A stretch of DNA of 64,000 bases. It comes from Mytilus californianus. Taxonomy: Eukaryota. The notes under the pieces are model-generated. The model was not told the DNA's origin, did not search any database, and saw only the letters and a program-made list of their open reading frames with translations. The position numbers were made by a program, and so were the translations under genes. How positions within the stretch are numbered: position 1 is the first letter of the stretch; each line of letters begins with the position of its first letter. Positions 12,924-25,583 of this stretch are shown piece by piece. Location of the stretch: assembly GCF_021869535.1 (NCBI RefSeq), contig NW_026262668.1, forward strand, positions 67,394,001-67,458,000, read 5' to 3'.

Positions 12924-15100
12924 TAATTAATTAAAGAAAAAACGGATAAAATAAAAATGTAAACAAAAGATCGATAATGTTGTTATTGATGCACGTGCGT
13001 TATCTTTCACTACTGTTATGGCTGACGTACCACGTGACGCCTTAATGGCAGCGCACATGTTTTTGAGGTCAGAACTTGATAAATGTGTCTATATCAATTG
13101 ACTGCTGATTTGTAAACGTCTGTCTGTGTGTTCATCCTTACATGTGGTTGTGAATTTTCTTTGTTTATATTAATAGTATAAGGGGCTATGGTTCGAGTAT
13201 TTAACCACATTTTTCACATATATAGCAACGAAGTAATTATTCGTGAATTTGAACACAGAACAAAATATTTTGTATTATAAATGTAAACACAAATGAAGAA
13301 AAGGTATAAAGATGAATTCTTTTTTCGGCAACGTATTAAAAATTGTATTGTATGTCATGCAGTTATAAACAATTCTAAACACATAGTAGTCCATCATGCA
13401 TTGCAACTCATTCGGTGGATTGGTCGGTCAATTGCCCAGAAAAAATGCATTACTAGTTAAACAAACACTGATACATGAATTGGCGGAAGCATCAGAATGC
13501 TAAATATTGCATATCCGATTCAGATCCAGTATTTTGAAAAAAAGGGATGGGGGGGGGGGGGGGGCAAACTAGACAACGTTAGGAGTAGGACAAGTAAAAA
13601 GTCTATGCATTTACCATGTATGAAGCTCCATAAGGGAGGAGAGGGCTCCCTCTACTTAAATCCGCCTCTGGAAATGTTCCGACCTGTTAACTGCAGCAGT
13701 TGAATCACAACAATCTAATTAAGAATTGTATTTACATTTTTTTTAATCTATCTATGCATTAAATAATATGTTCACAATATCTTGGTAGTAAAATCATTAA
13801 CTAAAAGCTTCATACTAAACAGATTAATTGTAATACATAGGTTGTAACACTGTTACGGGGTTTTGTTGACGTAGTAAACTACAAATTATCAGGTGTTACA
13901 GTTCATCAGCTCCCCGTTTGTTATATTAATCTGAGCATACAACGTATGCTTTATTAAACGTAGACACAAAAGAATAAAATGAGTTGCAGGTCACTGAAAA
14001 ACACCCGTGTTCTCGATAAAGTACGTAGTAGTCCATCATGCATTGCAACCCATTCAATGGATTGGTCAATTCTCTAAGTCAATAAATATTGCTTTTTATG
14101 CAACCAAACAATTATATAAGCGGGAACGTTAGTGTACCCGAACTGATTAAATGTATTTATGTTTTGGAGGGATACATACTTTTTTAAGCGGTCCTCAATC
14201 ATTCAGGAAAAAAAGTTAAAAAAAAAACTAATTAAAATCAATTTAGAATTAGGGACAAAAAGAAATACGACACTGATAAGAAAATATTGTACCTGTATGT
14301 TCATAAGAAACGAACCAATGCCCCCCCGCCCCAAATGAATTAAATTAAATTATTATAAAACGCACTCTCAGAACAAATGAGTGGTATGTGCGTAATTATG
14401 AATTCGGAATACGGTTCTGCAACCAAGCATGGGTTTTCATTAAGTAAAGTGTTTAGTAGAAAGATTCCAGTTTCCCATTCATCAAACTATAATGTATTAT
14501 TCTAGTCCGAATGCTGAGTCAGTCAGTAGAACGTTGGACCAACTAATTTGAATTCTATCTTTTCAGTTAATAAATTTATTCAACAATTAATTATATTTAG
14601 ATATTGAATTTAAAGATTCCTATTTCATAAAGTAAATGCAAATTGTATTAAGCTAGGTCCAAATACATGTAGCTTTTTACTGTCCTATATTTTGCAAGTA
14701 CGAAAAAGACCGTACGAAAATATATTTTTTTCTTTTTTTTATTTGCACTACGATTTAAATTTATCATGCATTCGTTTCTAAAAATAAAATACTTTTAGAC
14801 AAATAAAAGTTGAAAGAAACGAATAGCAAGTACAAATTTTAGAAAGCGACAATTGTAAAATCGCTTTTACGTCCGAAAAGGGTTATAGCTTACACATTCA
14901 TTACTACTTTTGAAGCTATTGAAAACTTATTTTAATGTTTAAAGAACGTGCGGTATGATAAATAATTTTGATTATCGATTGTCGGTGAAGAATGTAAAAA
15001 TATTCAATGTAAATCAATACGCCTGTAGTTCTTTTTTTAAGTTACTTGTTTTCAGGCGTTGAGAAACCTTTGGTGACCCCGTATGTTTAAATGTCCCTTT

Positions 15101-15402
15101 AAGGAATGACTGTAATATTTTTTCTGTCTATGAAGCATTAACATAAAAAATGTGGTGCACACTGAATAACCCGCGTAGCGGGTTATTTAAAAGTGTGGAC
15201 CACATTTTTTAGGTTATTTCGAATAGACAGAAAAAATATTACAGTCATTCCTTATAATTTAATTCCAAATTTCATTTTTAAGGAGTAAATCATGATAAAA
15301 CGTTGATAACGTCACGGTAACATGACAAAATTATGTCTATGAGCTGATAGATAAAACGTTTTCAGCCAATCAGAAGACGTGTTACATCCAAAATTAAATT
15401 AT
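15101..15402. mobile_element. Palindromic CryptonV-like non-autonomous element
   Basis: 153-bp near-perfect palindrome 15101-15253 (AAGGAATGACTGTAATATTTTTTCTGTCTA...TAGACAGAAAAAATATTACAGTCATTCCTT) with central AATAACCCGCGTAGCGGGTTATT. Confidence 0.6.
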
Positions 15403-15579
15403 TGTAAAAACAACGTATTAAGTAGGCGTAACAGAAAAACGGTTACCTGATCTGACCCAGTCACTTAGAGAATTGAGTGCGCCAACGAATGGTCTCGTCA
15501 ACACTGTTATGAATTTGATTATACAATGTATATCATTTGTTTATTCGTATCTATAATATCTCATTTCTTTTTATTTCAG

Positions 15580-15734
15580 CCATATTCATTCTGATAGGTG
15601 TTTGTATTTATGGCGGAGAAGCGGAAAAAGAATTTAAGGAAAACATCCACTTTGCCTTTGCATTTGTTATTATTGCAGCAATCCTGGCAATTATTGCCGC
15701 CGTTTTATTGTTCCTGGATAAGACAGCAGACTAG
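15580..15734 (+). CDS. Exon 3 (terminal) of tetraspan gene A
   Basis: Acceptor TTTTTATTTCAG|, phase 1, encodes (A)IFILIGVCIYGGEAEKEFKENIHFAFAFVIIAAILAIIAAVLLFLDKTAD*; 155 nt like exon 3 of gene B; spliced CDS 495 nt in frame; AATAAA at 15893. Confidence 0.88.
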
Positions 15735-18147
15735 TGTTATAACGAGAGTCATTTCATTTCTATAAAGAATGAATGTTCAGTTTGCTCCTAAAAGGCTTTT
15801 TTGTGTTTATATAAAAATTACTATGAACTATAAAAACCAATTATATATGAATTATATCTTTTAAAAAAGCCTTTCTGGTAATTTCTTGAGAGAATAAATG
15901 TGAAACTTGACCGATCAGAACACAGATTTGTCTTTATTGGCCTTCTTTAAAATGGAATTTCTTTAATTTTCAGTCATATTAAGGTTAAATGGAAGTCTGG
16001 GTGTTATCATTGTTGTTCGATATGCTACCCAATTAGCACTAACTAAGATGTGTTTATAATGGGTCTGCAAATCACAATTCCTTTGAAGCATAACAGGTTT
16101 TTTTTCTTCCTCGGTAATTGAAATTTTTGTTTTAAACCTGACAAATCAGAATAATTAATTGACTTTTGCACATATTTTTTTATCAATCAGAACAAAATTA
16201 TCTTTTTGAACGACCTTCCGCATGTAATCTGTGTTTTGTTTGGTGATGAAATTTCAGAGAAATGATGCATATATGATTCTCCACATTGTTCAACGGATCA
16301 AGTGTGGTATAACTGCCATGTTTCCATGTGTCCAAGTCATCATTTCTAAAAGTATATGTTTATTTTTATGAAATGAGACATTTCTCCTGTTGATTTTTGT
16401 CTACATTTGCCTAGCTTTTTAAGAAAGAGAATAATATGTCCTTTTTAAAAATGTAAAAAATCTGACAACGGGTGGCAGTACTGTACCTGACATGTACCAT
16501 TATATTGTAAAAGCATAAAACTCATTGTATTATAGGTATAATAAAGAACCAAAACATGGTTATATGAAACAATGCTATACACCAAAATCAGAGAATACGT
16601 ATTAAAATTTTAGAAAATGCACAAAGTACTGTGTCTATTGATTACAAAATTATTCCTATTTTCATTTTAACTAAGGAAAGGAATAAATACCGAATATTAT
16701 TTCAAATCACACATACAAACACGACGACGACGACACTTGTATTCTAAAGTGTGGCTGATGGTCCTGATTTGTTCAGTTCGTGAATGATATAGCTTTCGGT
16801 GATAACTATTTGGCTTAACACAGCACCAATCATCAATGTAATCGATGCTAGAGGAGTAGTGGATATATTTTTACAAGTAATCCCACATTCATATAGTGAC
16901 GATTGCAGAAAATCGAAGAACGTGATATAATAGAATATATATAAAAAAAAAGACTAAGCTGTCTTTATTTGAACAGTAATTCATATTCATTTAATAACCG
17001 AATAGGTTATCTATACTCAACTATCACCAAGGGGCGGAACCTGTAAAACCGATATTCCTTGCATTTATTCAGTCCTGCTCATATCTGCAAAAGAGAATGC
17101 AATAGTTTCTTTCTTTTTATTTGTCCTCTTGTGCTTTAAAGAGCTGTTTATCTTTTATGCTATACAAAGAACAGGCTGGGGTATGAGCCTCAAAGAGTGT
17201 TAAAAAACTCAAAATTGTAATCGACAAAAAACATTTGAATTCAAAGATTTTAATATATAAGAAATGTTATAATTATATTTTTTGTCGAAAATTTATTTTA
17301 GGTAAACAAAAATATTCAAAGAGGAAAACTATTAAATGACATTGCCATAAAAACAGTATAAGTCGGAATTCCAAAAATACTCGCAAGTAGGTCCCTACAT
17401 GTGTCCTAAACGTTCGAAATGAGAGGAAGAGGGAGAGAGTTTGTGACGTAGAACAAAGATTTCTGAAATTCGGAAAAACCGAATACAAGGAAAATTTCGA
17501 ATATTTTTTTTATGTATAACATCTGTTCATTAAAATTCATATTAAAGGTGATTTTATCTTTATGACGATAGAAGATGACCAGTTTTGGGACCAGTCAGTT
17601 TGGTCTGGAAAGAAATGGAACAAAATTATGATGAAAATATCTTAAACAAATCTATTTTGGTAAAACAACTCATAAAACCCCCAAAAAACGAACTAAAAGC
17701 TCTGTTAATAATAATCTCCTTAATAAAACCAAAAACTTATTTTATTGTTCTCGGACAAAATTTGTTTTGATTATTATCTATGAAATATTTCTTTATGTTT
17801 ATTCAAATTATTAAAAAGAGTATTTGCTATAGCTACATTTTGTTTTAAATAAAACATGCACCTATCATGGTATATGTATGTATAAATACATTAGTTTGAA
17901 AGCTGATATATAAACAGTGAAATCTAATTATCAAACAAGGATTATGATGTACATGGAGAGTAAATAACAACAGAAAATAATATTTTGTTCTAACTATAAA
18001 ACGAGCTTTTCAACATCACCAATTCTACAGTTTTTCAGACTTTTAAAGTGTCACTTCACTTTTTTTTAAGATTGGAAGATATCGAGCGGAAAATTATCAA
18101 ATTGTAATCTCGACTAAAATTGTTTTTATTTTTGGTAACGTAAAAAA

Positions 18148-18355
18148 ATGTCAACCAAGGAAATAGCTGGAATTCCTATTTTTGCTTTTGTATCGTTTAT
18201 TTTGACAATTGTGGCATTTGTTGTCGACTTGATTGGCTTTGCTGCCCCATATTGGTACTATGTAAAGATTTCAGGAACGTCTTATTATGGAGGAATATGG
18301 CTTAACTGTCAGTCATCTTCTGAAACCAACTGTAACACTTATGTCAATACAGAAA
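18148..18355 (+). CDS. Exon 1 of tetraspan gene B (paralogue of A, 168 aa)
   Basis: ATG 18148; MSTKEIAGIPIFAFVSFILTIVAFVVDLIGFAAPYW...GGIWLNC...C; donor GAAA|GTAAGT at 18356, phase 1. Confidence 0.9.
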
Positions 18356-20072
18356 GTAAGTAAAATGTTGGATTCACTGAATTGGTAATTCAAACCATTA
18401 TATTTCAATATATGTTTTTGAAGTGAATTAAAAAGATATGGGATAAACGTATCATCAACACCAAATTCTTAAAATGAAACTAAGCATGAAAAAACCACTT
18501 CGGTATAACATGAGAAAAATACTTAAAAAAAAAACAGTCGCATTAACATGAGACAAGGTAACACTACTTTTTTACTCTGGCATCCTCCATTTGATCTCAA
18601 TCAGTGAGGAAAAATAAAATATACATATAACACATCGTACAACCGACCTGTATCATTACTTCAAAACCCAACGGGGACGATCGCACTGCTGTATACTTAA
18701 AGAGCGTGTAAAAAATTCAATATGTATTTCATGTTATTTTCTCTAGATTTAAGATTATTTGAATTTACAGTTCTGCTAAATGGATAGTTGTACAATTGGA
18801 ATTGGAATTGAAACAATTGACAGCTTATTTCACTCTATTTAAGAATATATTGCAATGAAAATAAAAGCACGTACAGGTACATTTAAAGCTGTATCATAGA
18901 ATGCCCTTACTTACTGAAAACAAGCTCAAAGTGCTTAATTCTGCTGACTCAGAAACATTGTGCTCATTTTGATTACAATTTTTATATTTCAAGATATGAA
19001 AAAAGTCCTTCCAAACTCATACCAATTCAATACGATTAAACAGCATGTGTTGTATATGCTAAAACGACATCGAGCTCATAACACAAGATAGAACTAAAAC
19101 TATTATTGAATATTATATTGAACATTCGTTTGGTACAGATGCTTGTCGACAATCAGCCCTGAATGTAGTAGGTAGTGTCATACATCTAGAAGTCAGTAAA
19201 TACTAAATACCATCATTTAACTGATACTTATTTACCATCAATTTTCAGTCTATGAATTATGTATTTTGTACTAAAAACTAAACAGATTCCTGAGACTGTT
19301 GAGTTTTTTTTCTCAGTTTTTACACCCAAAAAGGTTTATGTATCTGGCATCCTAACCTAATGATCTGGTGACGGCTTTTCGTGCGAACTGTAATCGATAT
19401 CAAACCGGTATATTAACCAAAGGGACTATCTAGTTATCTATAATTCACAGACACGCTATGGTGGGCTACTTACTAGGAAATATACGAAATGTTCGGAATG
19501 TTTAAATTTTCCTTTGCAGAATGACATAAGTTAATTGAACAGAAATATTAAAAAAGAGAGTAGAAGTATCAAATATACAGAACCACGAAGATAATTGACA
19601 AGTTTGTTTCCAGGGGGATTTTCCTTGGACAAAGAACCTTAACAATATAAAATTTAAATAAAGAGACGTGGTATAATTGCCATGAGACCATTTGCACATA
19701 TTTACAACTTCTAGTCCAACCAAGTTGCTTGAATTTCCTTTCTAAGTTTCATAGTACATAATTTTCCAGTGTAATAAGTTAAAATGCATGAATGACCACA
19801 AGGGTAAGATTTCATTGCATTGTAATCAAGATGTCTAGTATGAAAATACAAGAAGCAGTCTGAGAAAAATATGACATTGTGCAACGCAAAAATATAGGTA
19901 TCGACAAGATCTAGGACCATATGAAGTCCAGAACTTATGCAGTCCAGTTGGATTGAAGTGAACAAGATCATCCACAAACTTTGATACGAGTTGTCAATAA
20001 ATATAGAGCTACTTTGTTTTATCGTCTACTTTAAATTTGTTGTAAACAACGTTGTATTTCTAAACATTACAG

Positions 20073-20216
20073 CATGGGTTGAGGCAGCTCAAGGTATGGA
20101 GGTTCTAGGGTTTTTATGTCTACTGGCAGCCCTTGTAACAGTTATTGTGAAGTTATTCGTCGTCAAAGACAAGCCTGTCTTGAAATGGGTCGTTGTGGGA
20201 TGTTTGGTTGTTGGAG
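20073..20216 (+). CDS. Exon 2 of tetraspan gene B
   Basis: Acceptor TTACAG|, 144 nt, (T)WVEAAQGMEVLGFLCLLAALVTVIVKLFVVKDKPVLKWVVVGCLVVG, donor GAG|GTAAGA. Confidence 0.9.
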
Positions 20217-20947
20217 GTAAGAAAGCAAAAATTACTGTTTAAATATTGTATAGATTATACAGTATTAAAGCATTTTGAAATATCTTAATCAGTCTATAAA
20301 ATACAAACTATAAACTACAAATTAAAGTGTTTTTTGTGTGTGTTATATTTTAGATAATGTTACGCATCAATTCAGCGGTAGTTTTAACAAAAAGTAAGAA
20401 ATATATTTCAGAAGTTTTCATATATTTACATATTTGCCCTGCCATTCCTTTAAAATTCTTCAACCTCTCATAAAAACTAAATATCGTGCCCAAGTCCATT
20501 TATTAGTACAAAAATGACCACCAGACTGAAATAAATGAAAGATTTTTGGCTTGTAATATGCTTTCACCTTCGATATGCCTAACAAGCCTTTTTTTCTTTC
20601 TTTCTTTTACAGGAATATTTGGGATTAGACATCATTTGCTCGTAAACCTCTCTTAGATATTTTTGATAGTGAATAATTTAACAAACATTGTTAAAAAAAA
20701 TGTTTGCTCTTTTTCTTTTCAGATCAGCATTCACAATCTGAATCATAACTCATTTCAGTTACTTTAATGTGATATGAAAGATAATCGACGTAAAATGGGG
20801 GAAAAACGATAACAATGTTACGTTAACGTTATTCCAAGATTTTAACAAAACATATGCACAGGTACGCATTTCATTTAACACACAGCTATATATGTACTTG
20901 AGGTAAACCATGCGACTTTCATGATGTATATGTGTAGACTATTACAG

Positions 20948-21102
20948 CTGTACTTATCCTGATTGGAGTATGTTTATTTGCTGGTAAATCAGTAGATGTG
21001 ATAACAGAAAATCTCCATTTCGCTTTTGCCTTTGCTATAATAGGAGCAATGTTGTCAATTGCAGCAGCTGTGTTGTTATGCTTGGACAAACAATCAACCT
21101 GA
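20948..21102 (+). CDS. Exon 3 (terminal) of tetraspan gene B
   Basis: Acceptor TTACAG|, (A)VLILIGVCLFAGKSVDVITENLHFAFAFAIIGAMLSIAAAVLLCLDKQST*; spliced CDS 507 nt in frame; AATAAA at 21481. Confidence 0.88.
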
Positions 21103-21724
21103 TAAATTCTATATTTTTTTCTTAATGGATTGAAATTGTACGATTAAAAAATACTATAAAACTTAATTTCATATTATAATGTTTGCCAACTAAAACACAT
21201 TTTGAAGTTAAACGCCGATTTTTATCAGAACAATTTATAATAAAAGTACATACAGAGCAGACGCATTCATCAATGAGACAGCAACCCAAGGACAAAAAAT
21301 ACCAAAAAGACACACAAAAGTTCCACATACATGTGGGATGTTTGAACAGGAATTATTCATCCGAGAGTTAAAAATCTTTTATTATAACGGCTTATTCTTG
21401 ACTAGTCCGACCTTTCACATGTCATTAGTTACGACTGTATATATTCCATTATCATTTAATTGGGTATCTGTATAAACAATAATAAACTGTTGACACAGAC
21501 ATATGTCAAATATGTTAAATATTGTATATAATTAATCATTTAATAGTCTCTCATAATTCTTGATAGAATGGCGCTTGTATATGTTTTAGTATTTAAGCTA
21601 ATGATATTTTACTGTTAGTTTTAATATACTATATGTTTTATATATGCTTTTCAATATTTTATGTTATACGCAATGTTTTATATGTATATTGGAATGTATA
21701 ATGTTATACAAGTGGTGAGACTTT

Positions 21725-22208
21725 AATAAAATATTGAATCTATGTCTCGCCTGTCGGCATAAAATTCAGAAAACGATAATCGGATGGACAGCTAATTAAT
21801 TCAAAGTCACTGGACCATGAACTAGTGGGTTGGGCTTTGAAATGGTCAACAAACTAAGATGTACGGACAGTAATGTAACTTTATAGAAAATATAATTGTC
21901 TATTGTAAGTAGTTCCTATCAAACTAACTAAAGCAGAAAACTTAACATTGAAAATTGGCAATTAATTGAAAGTCACCGTGCCATGACCTAGGGGGTAGGG
22001 CCTTGAAATAGTCAACAAACTGATATGTACTGATAGTAATGCAACTTTATATAAAATATCAATGATCTATCACAAGTAGTAAATCTGTTCCTATCGAACT
22101 AACTTTTAAAAGCAGAACACTTAACAACTGTTGACGCCGTCGTCGTCATCGTCGTCGCCGGAAAAGCAATCCCTATGTTTCGCTTTCCGCGACTTTCGTC
22201 ACAGGTCG
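21725..22208 (-). mobile_element. Helentron-type element related to 4411-5437
   Basis: Same AGGCGAGACA subterminal motif, GAC/GTC microsatellite, two internal units of about 160 bp. Confidence 0.6.
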
Positions 22209-22369
22209 CTGATTCTTTTGGAAGTGTACTGATTGATTGTTCAGTTTGGAAACATGGTTTACTATTTTTTATGATTGGGCTTTCAAATATCTTTCAGTAA
22301 CTGTCAGTTCCAAAAGATAGGTACTTGTGTCTTTTTTGTGTTTTTTTTTTGTGCTTTAGCCAATGAGCC

Positions 22370-22745
22370 CTTTCCAACTGATTTTAAAGTATTTACCCTT
22401 GCACAGGTTGGTAGTCCGTTTGGCTGTGCAGGATAAACAAATACGCAGCCACGTCCAGTCGGAATGGGGACGTTAAATCTAATGCCTCGTGTAGGGGGAT
22501 TACCATGCTGCTCTCTGTACCCTTGAAACAACTATCTGTCGGGTCTGGGGTGGCCCGATACAAAGCAAATTGTCTGCCCTATCCAACATTCCCTTCTAAT
22601 TCCCTTTTACAATTACCCGCGTCTTCATCCCGATCGACCTAATTGCAGAACCTTCATATTTATTAATTGTTTATTTGTTGCCGTGTCGTCCTCTATATTC
22701 ATAAAATATTTGACACTGGACGTTAAAGAACAAACAATCAATCCA
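22370..22745 (+). mobile_element. SINE-like element
   Basis: Shares the GGCTGTGC...CACGTCC.GTC.GAAT.GGGACGTT.AATC core with 51750-52090; tail GGACGTTAAAGAACAAACAATCAATC. Confidence 0.5.
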
Positions 22746-24485
22746 GTAACAATTAATTGCCTGAAATAACTGATATGTTTTAATAACCTTTTAAAAATAG
22801 TCAGTTTCTCTCTAATGTATTGTCAAAAATTATAGCTATAGTGTTAAGGAAAGTTCAATAGACGAAGACAGCTTATATGGAAAATGATGACGATAATGCT
22901 CACGCTGAGACCAGTTCAACTATTATACATAAAATATAATACAAAAGGTACAAGCAATTGTGAATGCTATTGCAACGTATATGTATACCCATTCCATTTT
23001 AATTTTAATAATGTTGCTTGTGAAATGCAATGCAGCAAAAACCCGTTCAAAAAAGTATTTCAGCCTATTTCGTTTCGAATTGAATCAATACATTCACAGT
23101 TGGAATATACACACTTAACTTCCCTCTTTCATACCCTATGATAATATCGCTTGACGTATTTATTTAGAAGCGTTATGGTAATAAAACATTTGAATGGTTT
23201 ATTTATTGAATATTGAGCTTAATTACCCGTTTTATCAATGTATTACTGTAGCTATAGGTAAATCAAAATATTTATTTCAGTTGATGGTGTTTACTAGGTG
23301 ATACTTTCTTTACGTTGATAGATTGATTTTTAGGCACTTTCTAAAGACGTTTGAAAACTGAATGAATTATCTATATTTTCCAATATTTATTTAATATAAA
23401 ATGGAATTAAAGTCTTTCCAAACCATTTTTAAGACCCAAATAAAAATCTGCTAGTCTATACAAAGTGTTACTATTAATTTGAAACGTTAAAACTTTTAGG
23501 ACAAATTTCCACTGAATATTTTACAACTGAGATATTGTTAAAAGGTTTTCAATATTTTGTATAATTCTACAGTATAACAGTTTGATGTGTGTACTTTGAT
23601 GTTTTAACAGCATTACGTTGTTATTTGAATAGCTCAGACCAAATAAGAACTTTCATATAAATTATAAGCAACTTTATATACTTGAAAATTAAAAAAAAAA
23701 TAGATACATAATAAACAGAAAATTAGTTTTGCACATCATGATCATGGATGGCAAATAATACAATTAAGATACTTAAAATCCTTACAAAATATTTTCTGTT
23801 AAAAATCTAAGTCTTTTATACAGTAGATGAGAAATATTTGATGTACTATTTCACTGTTATACACATACTTTTAAAGAACAATATTTTGAAGATTCCAGAA
23901 ACACTCTCACAATTTCATGGCGTATGATTTCTCAGGGAAGTCATACTTTGATAAGACAATATTTTCATTGTGAAATACTATCATGGACAGAGAATCACAG
24001 TGAAATATTGTCCAAAAGCAGTTGACAAAACTTAATGGAGAAGGACACTATTTCACAAAGAAATATTGTATGCGGACAAGATTGTATATGAAATGTTTCA
24101 AAATTTCATGGAGGACATTATTTCATGTTACACAGTTACATTTTGTACATTTATGAAATAAAGAAACACCAGGGTATGGAACAGCAGGTTCTTCAAATGT
24201 CCAACCAGTTTTATAGGTCATATGTTTTTGGTTTTTAAAGAAAAAAAATAGTGGTCAACAGAACTCAAAGTAGTGTTCCAAATTTGTATTAAATTAGCTT
24301 TGTATTATCTATTTTATGACTGAAAATAAAGTAAAGCATAAATCTATAAATATTTTATTTATATTTTTGCTACCCATAATAAAAGGAATATATACAAGTT
24401 TATTTATTATTTATTTCTTAGATCAAATGGTTCGATTTCTTTTTAGTTATAAATGTAACAGATAACGCTCGTTCTGTACTCTCAT

Positions 24486-24767
24486 TCATTCTTTAATCAT
24501 AGTATTGAATTGTTCAGCATTCCAGTTCATTCTTGTTCTAACTCCAATTATGCCGAGTTCTTGTGCATTCTTATATTGCTGATGATTCAAATATTCTACA
24601 CCGACATCTTTCCATTTTCCTGCTTTCATCAGATTCGCCGTCTTTGGACCAAGATCGCCTCTGTATATTGCACTTATGACTGCAGACTTGACATTTGCTG
24701 GTAAGGAATCATATACGCTGTCTCCAAGTCTCGTTTTGGCTCTATTCACGTGCTCGGTTATGTCATG
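24486..24767 (-). CDS. Terminal exon of phage-type (GH24/T4-like) lysozyme gene
   Basis: AG acceptor at 24769-24768, phase 0; HDITEHVNRAKTRLGDSVYDSLPANVKSAVISAIYRGDLGPKTANLMKAGKWKDVGVEYLNHQQYKNAQELGIIGVRTRMNWNAEQFNTMIKE*; resembles the GH24 C-terminal lobe (Y..LP..v..A, G.W...a.E, G...R); AATAAA on - at 24404-24399. Confidence 0.78.
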   Translation of the reverse strand, partial: HDITEHVNRAKTRLGDSVYDSLPANVKSAVISAIYRGDLGPKTANLMKAGKWKDVGVEYLNHQQYKNAQELGIIGVRTRMNWNAEQFNTMIKE

Positions 24768-25452
24768 CTTTATTATAATAAAAGAGACAAAATCATCTTA
24801 ATTATCAAATTTAATTGACTTACTTGTTTCGTAAGCTTTTTTACCTTGGGGAACATGGTCCCAAAAATAGACTTCGATGGATAAGCCTACTTAAGAGCAA
24901 TTTCAAACTGCCCTCCAATGAAATGCTATTTGTCGAAAGCAAATTTCTATCCAAGTAAGCCAATTAGTTAGGAACATCCTCCTCCGTAGGTATATTAGTT
25001 TGTCAATAAAATCAATTTCATTTAGAATTAACATTTTGAGTGAGATTATTCTGACTGGAAATATATTTAAACATTACTTGACTGACGTGTTTATAGAGAT
25101 ATAAAACATTTTCAAATGTGACTCCAGATTCAAACATAATCTAAATTGATTATCATACGCATTTTTTAATTTCATGTATTGCATTTCAAATCGGATATAC
25201 TATGTTTTATTCGTGCACGGAACTAGAAATGTCTTGTTTCCACTGAAATAGTACTCCATCCAATCGTTTTGTTTGAAATAATAATAAATTTTCTTTACAA
25301 ATGTTTTAGTTTCAAAATTATCTGCCTGTTTCTGCCGTAAAAATATAGGTTCAGGTAATCTAAATTTCTATCATTAAGTCCAAAAGCATTATCATTAGGC
25401 TACCTCATCAACAAAAAATTAGTTCAGACTGGTGACTTATGATTATACTTAC

Positions 25453-25583
25453 ATTAAATAGCTTACGAGCTTGTTCCTTTGTTATGTTTTGTTGTCCCGT
25501 CTTAACCTTGTCAAAATCAACCTCTGGGACAAGTTTTTGGAACGTTGCTTTTGCATCAGATCTGTTCAAGTTGAACCCATAAC
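25453..25583 (-). CDS. Internal exon of phage-type lysozyme gene
   Basis: TTTTAG| acceptor, |GTAAGT donor, 131 nt (phase 1 to 0); (G)YGFNLNRSDAKATFQKLVPEVDFDKVKTGQQNITKEQARKLFN; GYGFNL and IT.EQA..LF are GH24 hallmarks. Absent from the ORF track. Confidence 0.8.

Larger units (their letters stand above)
11841..13090. mobile_element. Internally deleted ISL2EU-like DNA transposon
   Basis: Imperfect TIRs AGACGGATTTATTCAA / TTGATAAATGTGTCT, AT flanks at 11839-40 and 13091-92, subterminal IR GCGTCACG...TAGTGAAAGA, convergent SWIM and THAP ORFs. Confidence 0.7.

Noticed and set aside
8720-13090. Harbinger DDE pseudogene and SWIM/THAP unit as one large element
   Set aside because: The SWIM/THAP unit has its own TIRs and AT flanks, is much less decayed, and is separated by 2 kb of unrelated sequence.
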